Below, in pieces: positions 1-6,260 of a stretch of DNA of 11,838 nucleotides. A program made the translations under genes and the position numbers. The notes beneath the pieces were generated by a model. That model was not told the DNA's origin. It saw only the letters and a program-made list of their open reading frames with translations, and did no database searches. The stretch is from Bacteroidia bacterium. Lineage in GTDB: Bacteria > Bacteroidota > Bacteroidia > Bacteroidales > GWF2-35-48. The stretch lies in the NCBI GenBank assembly GCA_016212695.1, contig JACREX010000022.1:1-11838 (forward strand), written 5' to 3'. How positions within the stretch are numbered: the first letter of the stretch is position 1; every line of letters begins with the position of its first letter.

Positions 1-66
1 ACATAAAAGCCTTCGTGATTTTTCATCTAAAAAGGGTGATAATATTTTGTTTCGTTCTGATATTAA

Positions 67-519
67 TTTTTCATCTTTCATATTGCAAAGATAAAACTTA
101 ATTACGAAATAACCAAGTTATTTAATTACATTGTCTTAGTAAAGCAGTCGTCTCTTGTGGTTGATTATACGCATACCTTGCTGGGAACTGAAAAGGTGCA
201 GGGTGAAGAATGTTATAAAATTGAGTTGACACCGCTTCCGGATGCACCTGTGGTATGGGGCAAAATAATACTCTGGGTCGCCAAAAACAACTTTATCCAA
301 TGGAAAACCGAATTCTATGATGAAGACAAAATACTTATAACCACTCATAATTCCTATAATATAAAAAAATATAACGACAGGGAACTCCCATCGAAAATTG
401 AAGTGATCCCTGCAGATAAAAAAGACCAGAAAACCATTATTGAAATGACAGATATGGTGTTTGACAAACCCATTGATGATGCTTTGTTCACCCAGCAGAA
501 CATGAAAAAAGTAAAATAA
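67..519 (+). pseudogene. C-terminal part of a LolA-like (DUF4367/LolA_like-type) outer-membrane lipoprotein-sorting protein. N-terminus is missing or frameshifted, or the gene is truncated at the window edge.
   Basis: The frame is open from 67 to 519. Its only start-like codon is GTG at 157, and the 120-aa product (..VDYTHTLLGTEKVQGEECYKIELTP..) resembles the C-terminal half of ~240-aa LolA-like proteins that sit upstream of FtsX permease pairs in Bacteroidota. A different frame (frame 2, nt 2-91) is open from the window start and stops at 92-94, so a frameshift is possible around the T-runs at 67-78. The gene ends 11 nt before the first permease. Confidence 0.4.
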
Positions 520-530
520 CAAAAACCCAT

Positions 531-1748
531 ATGCAAACATATTTTAAGCTGGCCTGGAGAAATATCTGGCGGAATAAACGAAGAACATTGATAACTACCG
601 CGTCTATCTTTTTCGGAGTGCTTCTGTCAACATTTATGACTTCCATGCAGGAAGGATCGTATTCTCAATATATAACATCCATTGTAAATTCCTACTCAGG
701 ATATTTGCAAATTCATAAAAAAGGTTACTGGAATGATAAGATTATCAATAATTCTTTCCTGTTTGATAAGAATATAGAATCAAATTTAAAAAGTATTAAA
801 AAGATCACGATTTATACGCAAAGACTTGAAACATATTCATTGGCTTCATCGGAGGATGTTACAAAAGGCGTGATGGTAATGGGAATTGACCCGGAAAAAG
901 AAGATAAAATAACAAATATATCAGGAAAATTAAAACACGGACGGTTTTTAAAAAATGGCGATAACGGAATTATCCTTGGCAGCGGGTTAGCCAGATTTCT
1001 GAAACTTAAAATTAATGATACGCTTGTATTAATCGGACAGGGTTATCATGGCGCCGGTGCAGCGGGAAAATATCCCGTGAAAGGGATTATTAAACATCCT
1101 TCCCCTGAATTAGACAGAATATTGGTATATATGGATATTAAAAACTGCCAGGACTTATTTTCAGCTCCCGATATGTTGACATCCGTAGTTATCATGGTAC
1201 ATGATAATGACGAAGTAACTCTTGTAAAGAATGAACTTGTGCAATTGACGGACTATAACACAGAAGTCATGGATTGGCAGGAAATGAACCGGTTATTATT
1301 AAAGCAGATAGAAAGCGACCGTATCGGGGGTGTTATTACAAAAGGCGTTCTATACATGATTATTGCTTTTGGAATTTTAGGTACGGTGATGATGATGGCG
1401 GAAAGGAAAAAAGAATTTGGAGTGATTATGGCAGTTGGTATGCAGAAATACAAGTTAATTTTTATAGTGATATTAGAAACCATATTTTTGGGAATGATTG
1501 GCGTGATTGCCGGCACTGTTGCCAGTATCCCCTTGTTATATTATTTTTTGTTCAACCCGATTCCTCTTACAGGACAGGCAGGAGAAATGGTGTTGCAAAT
1601 GGGATTTGAGCCGGCCATGTTTTTTTCAATGACGCCTTCGGTGTTTTACGAACAGGCCCTGACGATCTTTATCTTTACGCTGATAATCGGTATTTATCCT
1701 GTGCTGAACATTCGGAAGTTAAAAGTAATGAATGCACTTAGAAGTTAA
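531..1748 (+). CDS. ABC transporter permease, FtsX/MacB-LolC-LolE family (LolC/E-like topology: TM1, large periplasmic domain, 3 C-terminal TMs)
   Basis: The N-terminus AWRNIWRNKRRT followed by a TM helix is the classic FtsX permease start. A ~230-aa soluble domain follows, then three hydrophobic helices in the last ~120 aa (FtsX domain). The 405-aa length is close to LolC/LolE. There is no fused ATPase. Confidence 0.85.
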   Translation: MQTYFKLAWRNIWRNKRRTLITTASIFFGVLLSTFMTSMQEGSYSQYITSIVNSYSGYLQIHKKGYWNDKIINNSFLFDKNIESNLKSIKKITIYTQRLETYSLASSEDVTKGVMVMGIDPEKEDKITNISGKLKHGRFLKNGDNGIILGSGLARFLKLKINDTLVLIGQGYHGAGAAGKYPVKGIIKHPSPELDRILVYMDIKNCQDLFSAPDMLTSVVIMVHDNDEVTLVKNELVQLTDYNTEVMDWQEMNRLLLKQIESDRIGGVITKGVLYMIIAFGILGTVMMMAERKKEFGVIMAVGMQKYKLIFIVILETIFLGMIGVIAGTVASIPLLYYFLFNPIPLTGQAGEMVLQMGFEPAMFFSMTPSVFYEQALTIFIFTLIIGIYPVLNIRKLKVMNALRS

Positions 1749-1769
1749 AATCAAAAAAAAATAGTTATC

Positions 1770-2987
1770 ATGCTTTGGCTGTTATCGTGGAAAAATATTT
1801 GGCGAAATAAACTGAGAAGTATTGTTGTAATCACCGCTGTAACATTAGGGGTATTTGCAGGGATATTTATGATCGCCTTTATGAATGGCATGGTTGAAGA
1901 TCGTATTAAATCGGTTATCAGAACGGAAATTTCGCATATTCAAATTCATCAGCCTGATTTTAAGGAAAACCATGATTTTTCTTTACGAATTAATAATGCA
2001 GACAGTCTTATACAAAAAATAATTCAGACAAAATATGTAGCCGCAGTGTGCAAAAGAATCATCATAAGTTCATTGGTCGCCTCTGCAGAGACAAATACAG
2101 GTGTAATAATAACGGGAATAGTACCGGATGAAGAAAAAAAAGTAACCAATATCAGCGATAAGATAATTGTAGGGAAATATTTTGAAGGCAGAGGGAAAAA
2201 CGCTGTTGTCATCGGGAAAAAATTTGTCGAAAAATTAAAGGTAACTATCAATAAAAAAATTATTATCACCCTGCAGGATATTAATAAAAATATCACCAGC
2301 GGGGCATTTCGGGTTGTTGGCATATATGAAACGGATAATACAATGTATGATGAGGCAAATGTTTTTGTCAGGTATAACGACCTCTGCATATTAACAGGGT
2401 TAAATGATACGGAAACTCACGAAATTGCCGTCCTGCTTACTAAGAATGAAAGTTCGGAAACTGTAAAACAGGAACTGAAAAAAAACTTCCCTGAACTTGA
2501 GGTGCAGGATTGGATGGAACTCAGTCCGGAAGCCGGGTATCTTGTAAGCGCCATGGATCAATATATGATTATATTTATTCTCATTATTCTTCTTGCACTT
2601 TGTTTCGGAATAATAAATACTATGCTGATGGTGGTATTGGAAAGAGTCAAAGAACTCGGTATGCTGATGGCGGTTGGTATGAGTAAACCGAGAGTTTTTT
2701 TCATGATCATGCTTGAAACCGTTTACCTGTCATTGACCGGAGGTTTGATCGGAATAGTTTCCGGTTATATTATATGTAAACACCTTGAGAAAGCCGGCTT
2801 GAATCTTTATTTCTGGAAGGAAGTTTATTCAAGCGTCGGATATTCTTCTTTCATATACCCGACAATTGATTTTCAAATGATCGTATTCACAACATGGATG
2901 GTTATACTTACAGGAATTCTTTCTGCATTATATCCTGCATATAAGGCCTTAAAATTAAATCCTGCCGAAGCTACCAGAACGGAATAG
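1770..2987 (+). CDS. Second ABC transporter permease, FtsX/LolC-LolE-like, paralogous to the upstream gene
   Basis: The N-terminus SWKNIWRNKLRS plus a TM helix has the same architecture and length (405 aa) as the preceding gene. The C-terminus carries the FtsX 3-TM region (LMVVLERVKELGMLMAVGMSK is homologous to LLYM..AERKKEFGVIMAVGMQK of the first permease). The gap to the upstream gene is 21 nt. Confidence 0.85.
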   Translation: MLWLLSWKNIWRNKLRSIVVITAVTLGVFAGIFMIAFMNGMVEDRIKSVIRTEISHIQIHQPDFKENHDFSLRINNADSLIQKIIQTKYVAAVCKRIIISSLVASAETNTGVIITGIVPDEEKKVTNISDKIIVGKYFEGRGKNAVVIGKKFVEKLKVTINKKIIITLQDINKNITSGAFRVVGIYETDNTMYDEANVFVRYNDLCILTGLNDTETHEIAVLLTKNESSETVKQELKKNFPELEVQDWMELSPEAGYLVSAMDQYMIIFILIILLALCFGIINTMLMVVLERVKELGMLMAVGMSKPRVFFMIMLETVYLSLTGGLIGIVSGYIICKHLEKAGLNLYFWKEVYSSVGYSSFIYPTIDFQMIVFTTWMVILTGILSALYPAYKALKLNPAEATRTE

Positions 2988-3014
2988 ATTTAAAAATGAT
3001 ATAAATTTACAACT

Positions 3015-3698
3015 ATGAATATAATTGAGATCAGGGGAATTTGTAAGACATATGATAAGAAAACGTTACCTGTTCATGCACTCAATGGCATTGATCTTAC
3101 ATTTCAGAAGGGTGAGTTTGCCTCGATAGTCGGCCCTTCAGGCTCAGGGAAAACAACATTGCTCAATATTATCGGAGGACTTGATGACCCTACCGATGGA
3201 GTTATATTAATTGACGGAGTTAATATTACAGCGTTAAGCGGAAGAAAAAAAACTCAGTTCCGTATGAAGAATATAGGGTTTGTTTTCCAGTCATTCAACC
3301 TGATTCCGGTATTTACAGTAAAAGAAAATGTTGAATTTATCATGCACCTGCAAGGCATATCAAAGGAAGAAAGAGAAAAACGAACAAACGAACTTCTTGA
3401 TGCCGTTGGATTAAATGATAAAAAAAACAACCGACCGAATAAATTATCGGGGGGCCAGCAGCAGCGGGTTGCCGTTGCCAGGGCGCTGGCTTCAAAACCA
3501 AAATTCATTCTTGCCGATGAACCCACGGCAAACCTTGATTCCAAATCAACAGAAAATTTACTCGACATTATGGAAAAACTGAACCAGGAAGAAAACATCA
3601 CCTTCATTTTTTCTACGCACGATTCAAGAGTGGTGAATAAAGCAAGAAGGGTGATTACCATAGAAGACGGAAAAGTGATAAGCGATATTTCCAATTAA
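3015..3698 (+). CDS. ABC transporter ATP-binding protein, LolD/MacB-type (COG1136-like)
   Basis: It has Walker A GPSGSGKTT, Q-loop FVFQSFNL, ABC signature LSGGQQQRVAVARAL, Walker B FILADEPT and H-loop FSTHD. The 227-aa size matches a stand-alone LolD-type NBD. Confidence 0.92.
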   Translation: MNIIEIRGICKTYDKKTLPVHALNGIDLTFQKGEFASIVGPSGSGKTTLLNIIGGLDDPTDGVILIDGVNITALSGRKKTQFRMKNIGFVFQSFNLIPVFTVKENVEFIMHLQGISKEEREKRTNELLDAVGLNDKKNNRPNKLSGGQQQRVAVARALASKPKFILADEPTANLDSKSTENLLDIMEKLNQEENITFIFSTHDSRVVNKARRVITIEDGKVISDISN

Positions 3699-3725
3699 CC
3701 TACTTGAAGTTTTCAAACTGCCTTA

Positions 3726-4895
3726 ATGATAAAACACATAAGCATATTGCTCTTGATTGTCTCTGTAACAACAGTCTGCGCGCAGGATTCTACAGCAGTG
3801 AAGAAAGAAAAAAAGTGGACACTGAACGGATATGTTAAAGATGTGCAATCGGTCTTTTTTGCTGATATTGAAAAGGACTGGCTCATCAATAATTTAATTC
3901 ATAACCGCATAAACTTTAAAGGGTATATTTCAAATTCCATAACAACAGCCATTGAAGTGAGAAACCGCTTTTTTTACGGTGATTTTGTAAAGTACATACC
4001 GGGTTATTCAGGCATGGTAAATGTGGATGACGGAATCTTAAAAGCAACTGAGAACCTTCTTTCCGAAAAATCATATATTTTAAATTTTTCGTTGGACAGG
4101 GCATGGATTGATTACAGCAAAGAAAAATACCAGGTAATAGCGGGACGGCAACGGATCAACTGGGGCCAGACATTTGTGTGGAATCCGAACGATATATTTA
4201 ATACCTATTCGTATTTTGATTTCGATTATGAAGAGAAACCCGGAAGCGATGCGGTACGGATTCAATATTACCCGTCGGCCACATCAAGAGCCGAGATTGC
4301 CGTAAAAGCAAACGGTGATGAAAAGATCACCGCAGCAGGATTATTCCGGTTCAACAGGTGGAATTATGATTTCCAGTTTATCTGCGGAATGCTTAACGAA
4401 ACCGATTATGTTGCGGGGGCAGGCTGGTCAGGACAGATAGCAAAAGGAGGATTCAGGGGAGAAGCAAGCTATTTTCACCCTAAAAATAAATTTGAAGATA
4501 CTACCGGCATTGTTGTAGCTTCTGCAGGCTATGATTATATGTTCAAAAACTCCTTATTTCTGCAGTGTGAATTTTTATTCAACAGTAACGGAGAGAAGGA
4601 TAATAATTTCGATATCTCAAAATTTTATTTCAGGACTATGACGCCAAAAAATCTTTCATTCACCCGCTTTTCGATGTTCTCATCGCTGACGTATCCTTTT
4701 TCTCCGTTGGTTAAAGCATCCTTTGCAGCCATGTATAATCCGGAAAACAATTCGTTTTTTGTGATCCCCTCTGTTGATGTTTCTTTAAAAGAGAATCTTG
4801 ATCTTTCATTCATTTCCCAGGTTTTTTATTCAGACAGAACGACAGAGGGTAATAAAGGAGTCTTCGTTTTTGCAAGATTAAAATGGAGTTTTTGA
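3726..4895 (+). CDS. Predicted outer-membrane beta-barrel protein (possibly alginate-export/Wzi-like fold), co-operonic with the Lol-like ABC genes
   Basis: The cleavable signal peptide MIKHISILLLIVSVTTVCAQ, alternating aromatic/hydrophilic beta-strand pattern and C-terminal ...ARLKWSF ending in Phe are typical of OM beta-barrels. The gap to the upstream ATPase gene is 27 nt. The GRQRINWGQTFVWNPND motif is reminiscent of alginate-export/Wzi-like OMPs; this is recalled, not verified. Confidence 0.5.
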   Translation: MIKHISILLLIVSVTTVCAQDSTAVKKEKKWTLNGYVKDVQSVFFADIEKDWLINNLIHNRINFKGYISNSITTAIEVRNRFFYGDFVKYIPGYSGMVNVDDGILKATENLLSEKSYILNFSLDRAWIDYSKEKYQVIAGRQRINWGQTFVWNPNDIFNTYSYFDFDYEEKPGSDAVRIQYYPSATSRAEIAVKANGDEKITAAGLFRFNRWNYDFQFICGMLNETDYVAGAGWSGQIAKGGFRGEASYFHPKNKFEDTTGIVVASAGYDYMFKNSLFLQCEFLFNSNGEKDNNFDISKFYFRTMTPKNLSFTRFSMFSSLTYPFSPLVKASFAAMYNPENNSFFVIPSVDVSLKENLDLSFISQVFYSDRTTEGNKGVFVFARLKWSF

Positions 4896-5058
4896 TTTTA
4901 ACAGGTCGCTGCAATTGAATTCCCGCGACCCGAAATTATATTTGAACCGCGGCGTTTACTGGATGCAGCAAGGCAGGAAAGAAAAAGCCTGCAGCGATAT
5001 CGGCAAGGCAAAATCCATGGGGCTTACAGTGCCTGATCTTGAAAAATTATGCAGATAG
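4882..5058 (+). pseudogene. Remnant of a TPR-repeat protein gene: the last ~52 codons plus stop, with no start codon
   Basis: In frame 1, 4900-5055 translates to NRSLQLNSRDPKLYLNRGVYWMQQGRKEKACSDIGKAKSMGLTVPDLEKLCR*. This fits the terminal TPR motif of Bacteroidota TPR proteins (A..LNP.....Y.NRG.......G....AC.D..KA..LG.......L...C). An in-frame stop lies immediately upstream inside the preceding gene, so there is no N-terminus. Confidence 0.4.
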
Positions 5059-5105
5059 GGCATTTTATTCAGTGCAATCCCGGTTTAAAAAAATGGGAAC
5101 CGCTA

Positions 5106-5137
5106 TTTGATATATTCATAAATTTATATTATTTTTG
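5106..5137 (+). promoter_or_regulatory. Candidate Bacteroidetes sigma-A-type promoter (-33 TTTG / -7 TAnnTTTG)
   Basis: TTTG at 5106-5109 and TATTTTTG at 5130-5137 are 20 nt apart, matching the Bacteroides TTTG..(19-21)..TAnnTTTG consensus. The site is ~170 nt upstream of the CDS starting at 5306. Confidence 0.35.
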
Positions 5138-5177
5138 TATTATATTAAAAACGGGATAAATTATCGCATTTTGAAAA

Positions 5178-5238
5178 GTTGGTAGTAGTAGTTGGTAGTT
5201 TGCAGTAACAGAGCGACTACCAACTACCGCTACCATCT
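5178..5238 (+). other. Long near-perfect hairpin (23-bp stem, 15-nt loop) in the leader of the 5306 gene. Possible 5'-UTR regulatory structure or palindromic intergenic element.
   Basis: AGTTGGTAGTAGTAGTTGGTAGT (5178-5200) pairs with ACTACCAACTACCGCTACCATCT (5216-5238) with 2 mismatches over 23 positions (one further position is a G-U wobble). The loop is 5201-5215. It contains reiterated GTTGGTAG and TAG units. It is not followed by a U-tract. Confidence 0.4.
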
Positions 5239-5305
5239 TCCAACTCATATTTTGTTGCGGAAATTTACACCGTCTGCAGTATAATAAACCCATACCCTTA
5301 AAACT

Positions 5306-6202
5306 ATGAAAACCGTAAAAATTTCTTTCATAATCTTTCTCCTGCTGAACATCTTCCATCAAAGACTAGCTGCGCAGGACACATTATTTAAAAAAAACAA
5401 AGAAACCGTTTTGTGCAAAGTAGTTGAAATAAGCCCAACAGAAATAAAATACAAAGCATGGAACAACCTTGACGGACCAAATTTTGTTATTTATTCCGAC
5501 GATGTTTATAAAATCAGATTCCAGAACGGCTCAGAGCAGATCATTAAACCCGATCCACTGACGCTTAACCAGGAAGCTCAGATAATTGATAAAAAACAGA
5601 ATGTTAAAATCGGTTTTTTTTCTCCGCTGAATAACAGCATTTGCGTGGGGTACGAAAGAGTTTTAAAATTAGGGACCAATATTGAGGGGAAAGTTGCAGC
5701 AATCGGTACAGGTTATCATTCAATGATCGCCAATAGTCATGATGTTTCGGGAACCTATTCGAAAATTGGCGCAAAATTCTTATTGGGACAGGATTTTTAT
5801 ATTAAAGGCATGAAATATATTCATCCACTGAAAGGGAGATACATTAAGATTGAACTGGCTTATTCCTATTTCAGGGTAAAAGATATCGAATTACACATTT
5901 ATAATAACCAAACCCCCTATACTCCTACAATAATAAAAACCGATGCTTTAGTCAATGCAGGCGCTCTAAATGTTATTTACGGAAGACAGTTTATTCTCGG
6001 AAATATGTTCACTCTCGATTATTTTATAGGCTTCGGGTATGGAGGGGCTAATCTGAAATACACAAATAATGATGCAAATAATATTAATTCAATGTATAAG
6101 TACAATGTTGACGATATTACCAATTACTACGGTTTTTCATATTTCAGCGATAATTTTCCTTTAACTTTTACAGCAGGCATGTCGCTCGGTTATATTTTTT
6201 AA
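5306..6202 (+). CDS. Secreted hypothetical protein: small N-terminal beta domain plus C-terminal outer-membrane beta-barrel-like region
   Basis: The signal peptide MKTVKISFIIFLLLNIFHQRLAAQ is followed by a ~60-aa segment (ETVLCKVVEISPTEIKYKAW..VIYSDDVYKIRFQNGSEQII) of a type recurrent in Bacteroidota lipoproteins/OMPs. The C-terminal ~200 aa show an alternating amphipathic strand pattern rich in G/Y/F/N and end ...MSLGYIF with a terminal Phe. Confidence 0.5.
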   Translation: MKTVKISFIIFLLLNIFHQRLAAQDTLFKKNKETVLCKVVEISPTEIKYKAWNNLDGPNFVIYSDDVYKIRFQNGSEQIIKPDPLTLNQEAQIIDKKQNVKIGFFSPLNNSICVGYERVLKLGTNIEGKVAAIGTGYHSMIANSHDVSGTYSKIGAKFLLGQDFYIKGMKYIHPLKGRYIKIELAYSYFRVKDIELHIYNNQTPYTPTIIKTDALVNAGALNVIYGRQFILGNMFTLDYFIGFGYGGANLKYTNNDANNINSMYKYNVDDITNYYGFSYFSDNFPLTFTAGMSLGYIF

Positions 6203-6260
6203 TAATATGCTTTAACTTACTTTGAAATTATTTTAATCACTTATACTAAATTTTATCATT

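Noticed and set aside
136-540. 134-aa minus-strand ORF
   Set aside because: It is entirely antisense to the LolA-like coding frame and the start of the first permease. The product is low-complexity, Phe-rich and has no motif, so it is a typical shadow ORF.
1253-1609. Overlapping 87-aa (minus) and 111-aa (plus, alternate frame) ORFs inside the first permease gene
   Set aside because: They lie inside a well-supported FtsX permease CDS, and the products have no recognisable features.
2024-2389. 121-aa minus-strand ORF inside the second permease gene
   Set aside because: It is antisense to a strongly supported CDS.
3254-3694. 146-aa minus-strand ORF
   Set aside because: It is antisense to the ABC ATPase gene, which has a complete Walker A, signature, Walker B and H-loop motif set on the + strand.
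3015-3698. Interpreting the ABC system as a MacAB-type efflux pump
   Set aside because: The NBD is a separate polypeptide, not fused to the permease, and there is no membrane-fusion (HlyD/MacA) gene in the cluster. The architecture fits LolCDE-like better, although specificity cannot be read from sequence alone.
5129-5362. 77-aa minus-strand ORF spanning the promoter and hairpin region
   Set aside because: It covers a palindromic non-coding region and the start of the 5306 gene, and the product has no motif. The ORF is most likely an artefact of the hairpin's reverse complement.
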